A stretch of 64,000 nt of DNA from Cyanophora paradoxa CCMP329. Lineage: Eukaryota; Plantae; Glaucophyta. Below, one piece after another: positions 45,777-59,179 of this stretch (the stretch's first letter is position 1; each line of letters opens with the position of its first letter). The DNA lies in NCBI GenBank assembly GCA_004431415.1, contig QPMI01000601.1:186001-250000 (forward strand), in the 5' to 3' direction. The position numbers and the translations under genes were made by a program. The notes beneath the pieces were generated by a model, which worked only from the letters and a program-made list of their open reading frames with translations, was not told where the DNA came from and ran no database searches.

Positions 45777-48700
45777 ATGGAGGAAGCGCACGCCGTCGAT
45801 TCCGGACCCTCCTCGCACGCTGTCGAGCTGGAATACTTGCCAGGTTTGCGCGCCGAGCGCTGGATGCGCGACATCGGCTGCCCCGCGGCACATTCGCGCC
45901 TTTCTCTGATCGAAAACGCCCGCAGACGATGTGCTCATCGCAATCTTGTCGATCCTGGCGAAGGGCGGGGCGCGAAACCTCGCGCCGGTCGCGTCCGTGA
46001 GCAAGAGGCTGCACTCGTTGTGCGGGGCGCCCGCGCTGTGGGAGGCTCCCACCTTTCTGCACTCTGATCCGCCCGCGTACTTCGTCGCTGCGTGCAAGCG
46101 CTTCGGGCGGCACTTCCGCCGCCTTTGCATCAGCGGGCTTGCCCACCTGTCGGGGCCTGACGCTTCCAAGGGACTCTCGTACTGCACGAATCTTTCGCAC
46201 CTCAACATCTCGAGCTTCCTCGGCGTGAAGGTTCGCCCTCTAGATGATCATGCGCGCTAGCTCCATGGAATTTGAATTTGAATCCGTCGCAGAAAGGGGT
46301 GCGCTTCGACGATGACACGCATATGCAGGAGATGTGGACGATGTGCCCGACTCTCAGTATCCATCCCCTGCCGTACGTTTGGAAGCGCCTCCCTCGGATG
46401 CCAGTGCGTACGCGCATGCGGCCATGGCCACAGTCAGCGGAGTCTTGTATAGATAGGCTTCAAGGCTTGAGCCTTGCATAATTATAATCTGATGTGTTTG
46501 ATACACGTGGGCTCGCAGAACCTGGTCCACCTGAACGCTTCGGACGTCGCCATCACGGCCGGTTGCCTCGCCTCGGCGCTCAAGTCCTGCGGCGACAAGC
46601 TCACGAAGCTGTATTTGAAGTAAATAAGCTTTCATAACTCGTTTCTGCGGCCCGTTGCTCCGGCTGACCTTTTTCACAGCAATACGTTCATTTTTCATCC
46701 ATCGGCTGGATGGTTCCAGAGGCGCCCTGTTGGCACGACGCCCTGTGCCCAGCACAACTTCCCGAGCCTTGTGCCAGCATCCAAGCCTTGCACATGCGTG
46801 CACGCGGCGAGCATCCTGCATGCCTTCGCCGGCGTTGAGTGCGTGCGATCAGTTGTGAGCTCAGCGCTAGCTGCAGAGTCTTACCTCATAGATACAGGCT
46901 GCCACGACTCGAGGAGCTCGATCTCTCTCGCACGATCTGCGACGAGCAGAACCTGTTAGCTTTCCTTGCGAGCCTACCTTCCCTCCGGGAGCTCTTTCTC
47001 GTGCGCTCCCAGATTTAGAGATCGAAGTCGCCGATCTAGAAACGATCGCAAAAGTTGTCTGCACAGGTAAAGCCAAGGCAGGAGCCGGAGCCGCCACCGA
47101 TCGCGAGCTGGTCGTGGGAACATTCCTGGAAAAATCAGCGCAATTTGGATCACTGGTGCATGTGATTTTATCCTCAGCCCCTTCTAGATTTCCGTAACCC
47201 GCTAGCGCTCGCTCATCGACTAGTACTCCGGGAGCGCAGGAGCGGAAAGAACCTGGCGAATGCTCTGCAGGCCAGAGGCGTCTCCGTGATTCGCAAAGAT
47301 TTCCTCAATCTGGTCTGCCGTTCCGAATATTAATGGCTTGCTGCCCCGCGCCATTAAGCCGGTCGCGATCCCCCCAGATGAAGAAAATGATCGACGCGAT
47401 TTCCCTAGGCTCGAACTTCGAAGCGATCCATGCGAAAGTATGCAATTCTTTGCGCATTTTGATTCTCTGTTCCGCTCACTCCGGCCCCGTGTGCCTCAGG
47501 CTATCGCGCTGCTGCCGGTCGTCCGGCGGTGCGCAGGCATCGATGCTCGCCTCCAAGACGGATCGACCCTCTTCCTGGCCGCAATGTATTCGGGGGTGCC
47601 CCCCCCCCCCCCCCCCCCCCTCTTTGCGGAGCTATATATCCCTTGGACCCCTTGCCGGGCCTTGCGGCCAGACCGACACGCGCTTGGCATGCGCGCAGCA
47701 CTTTGCGGCGGCGCAGCGCCTCGTGGAGGAATTCGGGGCTGACCCACTCGCCCGATGCCGGCCGGCCTACTTCCGCGGCCAGGATGATCCCTGGGTGCGC
47801 CCTATAGCTAGTCTATTCCCTCGAATCCGCCTCCCGCGTCCCTCAAGCTGCCCTGCAGACTCCACCCTACCCAGCCTCGAGCTCTGCGATCACGACCGCG
47901 GAGATCGCTAATTTCCTGGATGATGATATCCAAGCATTCGGTAGGCCGCTCTTTACCACGCCCTTCCCGCTCGTGATATGTTTCTGCAGCGCAGGGTGAA
48001 GCTCCGGGCATCACGATCAAGCCAGGCGCATCGGTTCTGCACCTTTTCGCCCTATCTTCATATGCATGGTGCGCAACTCGCCAAGAGCACGCAATTGCGA
48101 TACTAGGACGGACTGTGCCGCGGCCGCAGTGGCATTCGGGCTGCGGCAGACTGCGAGGCAGTGGACAAAGCGCTCATTTCCCAGCTACCCGAGGTGATTA
48201 AGCTTCGAAAATTCGTACATGCGCCTCCACCAGTACTTAAGCATCCGCACAGATGCTCCGGAACTGGGGCGCTGCCCGCGTCGTCAACGAGCCCTCCTGG
48301 GATGCCCACCATGCTCCCCCTATGAACGCCTTCTTCGAGTCGGAGCAAGCCCACCCGATTTTTTGGAATCTCCTTTCCAGTCGATGCCCTGCCCTAACTA
48401 ACGCGCACGTGCCCTTGCTTCTTTCAGAGCGCCATCTACATATACCTGGGGCGAATCCGAAGAAGCTCCTTTCGCAGAATCGATCTGCCCGCACGCCCTG
48501 CTTCTGGAGCTGGGCGCCGACCAGTCGCTCACTGATGCACGCGGGCGGACTGTGCTGCACGCCGCCGCCTCGAGCTCGTCGACGTCGGGGCGCGCCGACA
48601 CCGTGCGAAGGATCCTCGCGGCCCTCCCCGACATCATCAACGCCCGAGGTCCCCACCCGCAGCAATCGATTCAAGCTCGCGTCTCCCCTAGGCCTCCAAT

Positions 48701-51700
48701 TGTTACTTACGTCCCCGGCCGCAGACGTCGACGGCTGCACGGCGCTCCTTCTCGCCATACGCCGCTTCGGCGCTTTTGGTACCAGTGCTTTCTGGTACTA
48801 GCGCTCATCATACTATGTACGCACCCGCAGGAAATCCCGATGGCGACCTGGAGTTAATCCGAGCCATCCTGGAGCAGGAGAACCCCCGGGCCGACGCGAC
48901 GATAGCCGCTTTCAATGCGCGCGGCTTCTCGCCCCTTCACGAAGCCGCTGGTCGCAAGCTGGGCGACCCCGCCTCGAAATGTTCGCCGCTGGGCGCCCCC
49001 TCCCCCGGCCCATCATCTCTCTCTCCTGAGATGCGTTCCTCAGGGCGAGGCGACGATCCCAAGCGAGCCAAGCTCGTGGAGCTCCTACTGGGTGCCCTGG
49101 CCACCCGCATGCGCGCTTGCGCGTATTCCATTGCAACTTGAGTGTACCGCCCGGCCCGCAGCGCGCCCCGAGGTCGACGTGAACGCGATGGATGAGGAGG
49201 GGCGCACGCCGCTTTATGTTGCAGCGTTCTCTGGCGGCGTCAAGACCGTCGAAGTGCGTCATCTGCCAGTGTCGGTATCTTTCTCGGCCTGAAGCGTCAT
49301 GCTTTATCCCGCAGGCGCTGCTCGCGGCTCCGGGCGTCGACGTGAATGCAGGCCGCCGCGGCGCGACGCCGCTCTATGGCGCCTGCATGCTCCACAACGT
49401 CGATGCCGTCCGCGGGCGAGCTGCGGCGGCGCCTTCGTTTCCTCGCGCTTCCTGAGCGCTCGCGTTGCAGGCTGCTGGAAGCGGGCGCCGACCCATCCGC
49501 GCGCCCGCCGGGGCACGTTTCCCCCATCATGCGTCTTTTCAAGGAGCTCGAGGTTAGTGAATATAAAATACATCTAATTGTTTTTAGCGATTTCAATGCA
49601 TTCGAATGCTTTGCGGGCAGATTGCACCCGCGACCTCAACAGGCCGACTTCGACCCTGCGCCCAAGTGGACGATGGCTACCTAATCGACAAGAGCCGTCT
49701 CATGTATGAATCGAGAGTTCTTTCGCGCTCCATCCTCGTGCGTGCTCTCCTTCCGACCCCCCGCCCCCCCCCCATCTTTCACTCCCTTCCCCCCCCCTTT
49801 CACTCCCTCCTCCCCTTCCCTCCCCCCCCCCCCCCCCCCCCTTCCCCCTTCCCGACACCCCTTTCGTGCGAGTTTCTCTCTAATCACGAGCCTTTCGTGA
49901 TCACAGAAAGACATGCGTCAACTTTTCAAGTCCAAGGGCGCAGTCATCGAGCGCGCTGGTGTGTGTGGGGCCATTTATTCGATACATCAATCCTATCTTA
50001 ATCTTCAGGCGTCTTGACGTCCGTCTTCCAGACACGAACGGCAAGTCGGCCCTGCACCTCGCTGCCGCCCTTCAGGTGTGACGCGCGCCTTTGAATTCGC
50101 CCCCGCTGATCATGAAATGCGAGCGTGGGCGTGCGCAGGGCCCCGATCCCTTCGCCGCCCTGGAGGAGGAGGAGGACGACATTGCTGCCCGTAACGCCCG
50201 GGACCCGACGGGCGCGCCGCCGCCGCCGCCTCGGCCCAGCTTCCATCGATATCGCTGATTATAACCCGCGGGCAGGGCGGACGCCGCTGATGGCGGCGTG
50301 CGAGGCGGGCCACCTCGACGCCGTGTACGCCTTCGTCAACTTCTCCGACCCGTTGCTGGCCGTGCGGGCAGAGCCCCCCCAATTTTCCTCTTCTCTTGAG
50401 ATCGCGATCAGGACGTGGACGGGAACACGGCCCTGCACGTAGCCCTGGGGCCCTCGGGCGCGGGCAAGGCCGACCGCATCAAGATCGCCTCGCTGCTCGC
50501 CCGCGCCCACGGCCGCACCCAGGCCCGAACCCTCGCGCTGCGCCCTCCAGCAGGTGCGCCGCGCTCACTCGCGAAGCAGGCGGCCAAGGCGCGGAACCTG
50601 GAGGGCCGCACGCCCCTCCATATTCTCGCTGCCTCCGCGTGCGTCTCGCTCGGCCCGCCCCACCCCGCCCCTCCTCGCAGCCGCCCCGGCCCTCAGCGCG
50701 CCGGCAGCTGGCGGGAGGGCGTCGCGTACGGGAGGCTCGGCGCCGTCCTGGCCCCCCACTCGGACCTGACCGCTCGCGACCTGCTCGGCCGCACCCCGGT
50801 GCCTTGGTCTCCTCTGAAACTCCGCGCTCGCGAGCGATCCTGATCGCGGGCGGGCGCGTGCAGCTCCACATCCTGGGGCGCCTCTCCGGCAGGGAGCTGC
50901 ACGTCGCTCCGTCGGTGTCGGCGGCGGGCCGGGTCGCGGACCCGACGCTCATCGTCCTGCGATCGCTCCTCCAGCACCCGCAGGTCTGCATGCCCTGGAA
51001 GCAGTTGGCTTCACTTTGACGTGAAGCAGGCCAAGGAAGCGCTGGCCGTCACGGACAACGAGGGGTGCACGCCCCTGCACCACGCTGCCCGCGGGGGAAA
51101 CGCGGAGGTGAGTGAGTTGCCACAGCTATCGGTTTGCAATCTTCAGTTGCAGGCCTCGAGTTCTGAGTCGACGCAGGCGGTGGAGTGGATGCTGCAGGCG
51201 GGGGCGCCGGCTGCCTCTGCGCGGGAGCGCGAGGGGCGCACGGCGTCCGAGGTCGCCCCGCCCGCCACCCGCGCCCTCATCCACCGTCCGCGCTCCCGCT
51301 CTTAGCTTCCCGTTCGGAGAACGCCGTTTGATTTCCTTTCAGGGTTCCTCGAGACGGGGGAGATGGAGGGGGCCCCAAGCAGCGGCAGCGGCGGCGGCGC
51401 CGGCGGGCGCGGGCGCAAGCGGGCGCAGCGGTCCGAGGCGGAGGCCCCGACCGCGGGCGAGCGCGAGGAGGGCGGAGCGGAGGCCGAGGCGGAGCCTGCG
51501 GGGCAGCCGGCGCGCGCGGCCAAGGCGAAGCCTGCTCCCGCTGCGGTTCGCGGATTCCTCTTCCTCTCGAGCTTTCGCAGGCCAAAGCAGCAGCGCCTAT
51601 CTGACGGAAGCGCAGCGGCGGGGTCGGCGGCAAGCAGCGGCCGTTGCCGCGGGCGAATCGGACGTCTCAGACTTCGAGGAGGGCGGAGCGGGGCCGGCGG

Positions 51701-52073
51701 CGAGCGGGCCGGCGGCAGCGGCGGCGGCGGCGGTGGGGCCGCGGCGGGCCTCGCAGCGGCCCTCGAAGGCCCGCGGGATGAGCTTTGCCGAGGAGGAGGA
51801 GCAGGAGGAGGTCGAGGAGGAGAGCGAGGATGAAGAGCTCGAGCCGCCGGCCGGGGCAAGCGAGCGCGCCGGGCCGCCCCGCCGCCGGCGAAGCGGGGCC
51901 GGGCTGCGGTCGCGGCCGACGCGGAGGCGCCGGCCCCGAGCTCGAGCGATGAGAGCACCGAGGAGCAGGAGGGGGAGGGCCCGAAGGAAGCCACCGCGCC
52001 GGGCCGGCGCCGCCGCGGGGCCGCGGGCAAACCGGCTGCCGGTCGGGCCACGCGCTCCAAGGGCCGGAAATGA
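45777..52073 (+). CDS. F-box + LRR + ankyrin-repeat protein (probably one gene; could be two)
   Basis: LP|DDVLIAILSIL (F-box); CTNLSHLNIS and NLVHLNASDVAITAGCL (LRR); GRTVLHAAA, GCTALLLA, GFSPLHEAA, GRTPLYVAA, GNTALHVA, GCTPLHHAA (ANK). An in-frame intron at 47313-47377 joins the two halves. Confidence 0.7.
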
Positions 52074-52329
52074 TCCCGGCGACGCATTTTCAATTTTAGC
52101 TAGCAAACGTTTTTACGCACCTTGCGCATGCCATGAATTAACCGATGTACCTGCACCCTCAGCCTCGCGCGCCCCTGGCCTCCGCCATCCCCCGTCCTCT
52201 ACGCCCGACCGCCGGCCGCGTTGGTTCTCACAGTGCATTTCGAATTCATGCGTGCACATGCATATGCGCATGCCGGTTCACATAGCGCACTGCACGTGTG
52301 CACGTGCACGTGCCCAGGCCTAGGGCTGC

Positions 52330-54442
52330 TCAGGCGTGCGGGGCGGGCCTGGGCTTGAAGCAGCAGACGACGTCGTAGAGGTGGCCCCCGAGGAACTCGG
52401 CCACCTCCTTGTGCTGCCGGCCCGGCCCCGGGCGCACGTCAAGCGGGGCGGGGCGGGGCGCGGGGCGGGGCGGGGCGGCGGACCTTGACCATGGCGAGGT
52501 GGAGGGCGTCGCAGGTGAAGGCCGCCCGCAGGTTCGTCTCCACCCCGCGCCCCATCCCTGCCCCGGCCCACGCTCAGCGGCACGGCGCGGGGCGGGGCGG
52601 GGCGGGTTAGCCGACCCTCGAGGACGAGGAGGTCGGCGTCGCGCGCCTCCGCCGCGCACGCCTCGCTCACCTGCCCCCGGCCCCGCTCGTCGGGACAGAG
52701 CGGGCGGGGCGGGCCGGCGGGGCGGACGCGGGCGAGGTCGATGACGGGGAGGCGGTTCCCCGAGGCGACCGTCGTCAGCCGCCCCTCCCGCAGCGCGCCC
52801 GCCATAACCGCGTCCACCGCCGCCACCTGCGTGAGGGCGACGGTCAGGCCGGCACCGGCACACGAGGGGCGAGTCAAGGGGCCGGGAGCGGGGGGCGGGG
52901 GGCGCGCCCGCTCGAGGAGGGGGCCCAGTTCGTCGTGCGTGACGTCGTTCAGCGACGGCTGCGGCGGCCCGTGAGCGGGGCGTACCCCGGGAGGGGGGGG
53001 GCGTGAAGGCACCTCGGAGTTGGCCGCGAGGCAGACGCGCACGCCGCGGCGCAGCAGCTGCGCGGCGACGGGGGTACGGTCAGGCCCGCGGGGGGTACGG
53101 CCGGTGCCGGGTCAGCCTGCCTCGCGGGTGAAGGGCATCATCCCGAGCACGACGTCGCTACCCGCGTTGTCGATGAAGCTGGGGGTACCGCTTCAGCGGA
53201 AGGCGGAGGGTACAAGCGAGCCGCCGGGGGGGGTACGCACACGAGGGCCTTGCGGTAGGGAGACGCGGCGAGGCGCGCGGCGAACTCTTTGGAGCCGTCG
53301 ATGAGGAACGGTCTCCTGCGCCACCGTCGGCCTAGAAAGCGGGCCCCTCGAGATTCGAGCCCGCACCTGAGGCCCGCGCGCGTCGTGCGGAAGTCGGCGT
53401 TGCCCTCCTTGTACAGGTCGATGGTGGCCTGCGGGAGGGGGGTACGCCGTGAGCGAGCGCGGGGGCGGTGTAGAAAACGGCGCGCGGGGGAGCCGAACCT
53501 GGGCCCCGAGGTCGAAGACGTTGCCGGCAAAGACGCCCTCGAGGACCGCCTGCGGCGAGAGATCGTGCGTGAGGAGCGGGCGCGTGCAGCCGGGCCGGCA
53601 GCTCAGAGGGCGGACCTGGAGGCGCTCCTCGGGGGAGGCGATGGCGTCGTGCTCGGCGAGCACCGACGGCAGCACCGCCAGCGCCGCGTCATTCTCCTGC
53701 GCCACCCTTCCAGCGTCAGGCGGGGGCGAGGCGGGGCCGCGCTGCGGGCCTCGTGCGCGCGCGCCTTCGCCTTGACCTCCACGTACGGGTCCGCGAAGCT
53801 GCGGCGCATGGGGCTCTGAGCGGGGGGCGCCGGCGCGGCGCTGCGAGCGGGACGGGGCGCGCGCGGACCCGTTCTCTGCGGAACGGCGTCAGTGGCGGCG
53901 GCGCGAGCGGCGGCGCGGGGCGCGGGGCGGGCGGGGCGGGGCGGACCGCGGAGGAAGTCCTCACGGACCTCGCAGAAGCGGGCGATGGAGGGCGGGCCGT
54001 ACGCGTCGGGCCTCGACTTGACCTCCTGCATCGCCGCCATGAACTGCTCCGCGAAGCGCGCAGCCCGCCGCTGCGCCTCCTCGCCCCCGCCCTCCGACGC
54101 CGCCGCCTGGTCCCGCATCGACGGCACCTGCGCGCGCCCGGCTCGCGCGCGCGGCGGGGGCGGCCGCGCGCAGGAAGGAAGCGCTTCTCACCGATTTCTC
54201 GAAGATGGCGACCCACTCCAGGAGCGTCTTGCGGTCGTGGTCGAGCGCGATGGTACAGCAGCTGTACCGCGCGGGGTCCGCCTGCGATGCGGCGCTAAGA
54301 GATGGAAATAGCCCCCGCCGCACGGCGCCGCCCGCGGAGGGCCCGCGCGCAGCACTGGCGGGGCCGGCCGCGCGCAACCCGCGGGCTGGGGCGGGGCGAG
54401 GCGTCCTGAGGCGCGCACCAGCAGCGGGAAGGCGGGCGCCAT
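52330..54442 (-). CDS. DUF89/ARMT1-like damage-control phosphatase (PANK4 C-terminal / At2g17340 type)
   Basis: FADPYVEVK..ENDAAL, GVFAGNVFDLG, FIDNAGSDVVLGMMP, LAANSE..LNDVT, SGNRLPVIDL, DLLVLEGMGRGVETN. Confidence 0.9.
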
Positions 54443-54576
54443 GCTCGCCAGCTGCAAAGGGTCGACGGGCCACTGCTCCCTCGTTTTTTTCCTGGCGCGA
54501 ATTGTTGTAACCCGGCTCCGTTTTTTTCCCGAACGGCCAGCACGTGTGTAGCTCGCTGTGGGCTTAGCTGCGCAAG
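54443..54576. promoter_or_regulatory. Very short divergent promoter region
   Basis: Only 134 bp between the head-to-head ATGs of the DUF89 and NmrA genes. Confidence 0.45.
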
Positions 54577-57500
54577 ATGCCGAGCTTCCTGCGCCGCCGC
54601 AACAGCGGGAGCGGGCTTCACAAGCCTCCGGATGGCCTGCCTCAGACGGGCACCTCGCATTCCATCTACGACTCGTCTTACGTCGGTTCGCCCGTGGCCG
54701 ACCGGCCGCACTCATCTCACGCGCGAGCTTCTCTTAGCTTTCTGGCTGCTGTCTGACGCCGCGCTCGAGCAGCGGGCGGCGCGGGGTCCGTTGGCGGCGG
54801 TCGGCTCATCCTCGTGACGGGGGCAACCGGCCACCAGGGCGGGAGCGTCGTGCACCACCTCCTCCAGCAGGGGCAGTTCCGGGTGCGTCTGCGTCTCTCA
54901 GGTCCCAGCGGGCCCCGCCACGCCGACGCAAGCACTGACGCTCATGAGCTTTCAGGTGCGGGCGCTCACGCGCAGGCCGGACAGCCCGAAGGCCCGGGCC
55001 CTGGCGTCGCGCGGCGTGGAGGTCGTGCAGGGCGACTTCGTGCGCCCGCGGGCCCTCCCTCGCCCGCCCGCCGCCGCCGGGCGCTGAGCGCCGCCGCGCC
55101 CGCCCCCGCCCGCGCCCGCGCAGAACGACTACGAGTCGGTCGTCCGCGCCTGTGCGGGATGCTACGGCGTCTTCGCGGTGACGAACTTCTGGTGGGCCGC
55201 CCCCTCCCCGCCCCGGCCCCGCCCCCGCCCCGGGCCCGCCGCGCCCGAGCCTCCGCCCGGGCGGCAGGGAGCACGGGGCGCAGGAGAGCGTGCACGGGCA
55301 GCGGATCGCGCAGGCGGCGCAGCAGTGCCGGGTGCAGCACCTCGTGCTCTCGACGCTGGAGTCGGTCTCGCAGGCGACGCGCGGGCGCGTCACCGAGGCC
55401 CGCCAGTTCGACGGCAAGGCCGAGGCGCGCCGGCCCCCACGCCCCCCAGGGTCCCGTGCGGCCCCTGATCATGACGGCCCCCGCGAAGGTGGCGGAGCTC
55501 GTCAGGAACATGCGCATCCCCGCCACCTTCATCCGGCCCGCCCTGCCCCGCCCCGCCCCGCCCCGCCGCTGAGGCGGGCCCCTTGCGCAGGCCCTCCTTC
55601 AACTACGAGAACTTCCGCTCTCTCTTTAAGGTGCGGCGCAGCCTGTACCCCCTCTCCCCCCCCCCGCCCCCGGGGCGAGGGGGCGGGGGTACGGCAGCCC
55701 TCGATGGACACGGACGGCCACACCGTCGTCTTCCGCCTCCCGGTGCGCGGGGGCGGGAGGAAGAAAGGCGCCCGCCCGGATTCGAACCTGCGCCTCACGA
55801 GGGAGCGGCCTGCAGCTCGGGAGCAAGCAGCTCTTCATGATCGCAGCGGAGGACATCGGCGGGATCGTCGCGAGCGTCTTCGCCGGCGGCCAGCAGCACA
55901 TCGGTGCGGGCCTCGCGCCGAACCCCCCTGGGACGGGGATCGAGCAGCGGTGACGGCATACCCCTCCCGGCAGGCCTGAACGTGGGCGTGGCGGGGGACC
56001 GCCTCTCGGGCGCCGAGATCGCCGCCGCCTTCTCCCGCGGTGCGCCGCCGTACCCCTCCTCTCTTTAGGCTGTACCCCTCCCGAACGGCGCGCCCGCAGC
56101 GACGGGCCGCCCCGCGCGCTTCGAGTCCATCTCGCTCGACAAGTTCCGGCAGTTCCGGTACCCCCCGCCGCCAGCACCAGTCCGGACAAGCAACCGAGCT
56201 CAGCGAACCAACGGCAGGGACGGGGCGGAGATTGCGGCGATGTTCGACTACTACCAGAACTACGCCCCGGAGCGCGACCCAGCCACCAGGCCCGCCCCGC
56301 CCGGCCGCCGCCGCCCGGCCTCGGCCTCGGCCTCGCGCTGAGGGGGGCGGCGGGGGCAGCCGGCGGCTGTACCCGGCGCTGCGGGGCTTCGAGGCGTGGG
56401 TGCGGGAGACGGGGTGGACGGGCCCGGCCCCCAAGCTCGCGGCCGCGGAGAGCTCCTCCATCCTCTCCTCCTTCCTCGGCCTCTTCGGGACGAGCCCCGA
56501 GAAGGCGTCGCCGGCCCCGCCCCCGCCTCCGCCCGTCCTCGATCCCTACTCCACGCCCTCCAGCAGAGCTTCCGCCCCGCCCCGCCCTCCCCGCCCCCGC
56601 CTACCACGCGCCCCGGCCGCGGCGCCGGCCCGCGGCCGGCCTCGCCCTCCCGCAGCGCGCCGCCCCGACGGCGATGGCGCACCCGCCCTCAGCGCCGTCG
56701 AGCAACGCGGTGCTGGTGATGGGGGTGACGGGGAACCAGGGCGGGGCCGTCGCCTCGGGGCTCCTCGCCGCGGGCCGCTGGGAGGTCCACGGCCTCACCC
56801 GCCGCCCCGCCGACGCCAAGGCCCAGGAGCTCGCCCGCCGCGGCGTCCGCATCGTCCAGGCGCGCGCAGCGTGCCCCGCAGGCCCCGCGCTCCCCCCCTC
56901 ACTGTCCCCGACCTCGCAGGGCGACCTCGCCGACTCGAACTCGCTCGTGGAGGCGATGCGCGGTGCCGGCCCCCTCCGACCCCGCCGCCCGCCCGGCCCA
57001 GCGAACCCTCCCCCCCCCCCCCCCCCCCCCCCCCGCAGGGAAGCGGGCGGTCTTCTGCGTGCTGCCGTTCATGGGCGACTACGCGCTGGAGGTGGCCCAC
57101 GGGCGGCGCGCCGTGGCGGCGGCGCGCCAGGCCGGCGTCCAGCACTTCATCCTCAGCGGCGGCGACGACGTCTCCGGCGTCTCCAAGGGCAAGATCAGCG
57201 GCGCGGCCCACTCTCCCTTCTCCTCCTCCTCGCCTCCGCCCCGTCTTCTGAGGCGGCGGCGCAGAGTGCTCGTTCATGGACGCGAAGGCGGCGGTGGAGC
57301 GCGAGCTCGCCGCCTCCGGCATCCCCTTCACCGTCCTCCGCCCCGGTGCCCTCCCTCAGTCTAGAGGCGCCCCCGCGAAAGCCCCCGCCTGAGGCCCCGC
57401 AGGGTGGTACATGGAGAACGTGGCGACGAACTCGGCGCCGCAGCCGCGGGGCGACGGGGCGCTCGTCTTCCGCCTCCCGCTGAAGCCGGCGGGGCGGCTC

Positions 57501-59179
57501 CCGCTCTTCGCCTGCGCCGACCTCGGGCCCATCGTCGCCGCCATCCTCGACGCCCCCTTCCGCTGGATCGGTGCCCCGCCCCTCTTCCGCCGGCTCGACG
57601 CGCCCCCGCGAGCCGCCCGCCCCGCCGCAGGCCAGTCGGTGGACTGCACGGGCGAGCACCTCTCCATGAAGCACCTCGTCGAGACCTTCTCCAGGGGTAC
57701 ACCTTTTCAGTTGGGGGGGGGGGGGGGGGCATCGCCAGCTCGGGGGTGACGGGGCGCCGCCAGTGACGGGCCGCCGCGCCGCCTACGAGGAGATCTCCAA
57801 GTCCCAGTTCCGCAAGATCGTGCGCTCGTACCCCGCGCCCCGCCCGACCCGTACCCCCCGAGCCCGAACGCGTTCTTCCTCCCCCGCAGCCGACGCCGCT
57901 GGCTGTACCCCTCGCCGCTTTCTACGCGTACTTCGAGGTCCGTGTGCCCCCTGTCCTATGCCGCAGTGCCCGGCGATCCGATTCGGCCGTAGGCGTACCC
58001 CGAGCGCCGCGACACGCGCGCCTGCCGCGACGTGTACCCCCGCGTCCGTACCTTCGAGCAGGTGCCGCGCACGCGCTTCGGGGGCCCCGCCGGCGCTGAG
58101 GCGGGGCGCAGTGGCTCATGGAGACGGGGTACAAGGGCCCGGACCAGCCGGGGACGGCGGCGGGGCCCCCGAGCGCCAACACGCCGGCCGCGGAGCCGGC
58201 GCGGCGCCTGAGCTTCGGGCAGGGCCCGCCGGCGCGGGCGCCGGACGCGTACCAGACGCCGCCGCAGGCGTACCAGGCGGCCGTGCCGGCGCAGTACCTC
58301 ACGCCGACGCCGGCCAGGCCTACGGCGCCCCCGCCCCGCGCCGCAGCCGTCCTACGCGGCGCCCCCGCCGCCCCGCCCCGCCTCGCCCATGCCGGCCTAC
58401 GCCCCCCGACGGCCGCGATGCCGGCGCCGCCGGGCGGCGTGCACGGCTCGTACCGGCCGGACGACAGCAGCCGGTCGCTGTACGGCTCGGTCCGCGGGGG
58501 CGCCGGGGGTCCGCAGATCTCGGGGCGGGTGTGGCGGGACGCGGGGCCGGCCTCGGCGACGGCGGCTCTCTTCGGGGACCCCCTCAGCGGCACCCGCCCC
58601 AACATCGCCTCCTCCGTCCGCCCCGCGAGCCCCCTCCCTTCGTACCGGCCGCCCGCGCAGGGCCCGCCGGCCTCCCCGGGGCCCCCGCCCCCGCCCCGCT
58701 GGTCCCACGACGCCAGCGACTCGCAGCCGTACGGGTACTACGCCCCTCCCGAGCTCGCCCCCTCGCCGCACACCAGCTGGCGCCCCGCGGGGCCGGCCGC
58801 CCCGCCCGCCATCGGCTCGGCCGCCGGCCTACCCCGCGCCTCCTCGGGGGGCGCCCAGACGAGCTCCATCTACACCTCGTCCTACAAGGCGGCCGGGCCC
58901 GCCGCCGGCGCCGGCGCCCCCCATGGCCAGGGCGCGTCCATCTACACCTCCTCGTACGGGGCCCCGCAGGGCGGATCCATATACACGACCTCGTACGGGG
59001 CGCAGCCGCCCGGGGCGGGGGCCCCGCAGGGCGCCTCGATCTACACCTCGTCGTACGGGGCGGCGGCGGCCGGCGGCATCCACGCCTCCTCCTTCGCCCC
59101 GCAGGCCCCGGGGCGCGTCTCGGGGCGGGACTCGGGCGTCCACGCGCCGGGCGCCCGCGGGCCCGTCATCTGGGACTAG
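54577..59179 (+). CDS. Protein with two NmrA-like (atypical SDR) domains and a Pro/Tyr-rich repeat tail
   Basis: ILVTGATGHQGGSVV..VRALTR..VEVVQGD..GVFAVTNF and VLVMGVTGNQGGAVA..VHGLTR..VRIVQGD; tail with SIYTSSYG repeats. Fusion of the two domains needs an indel or intron in the linker. Confidence 0.8.
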
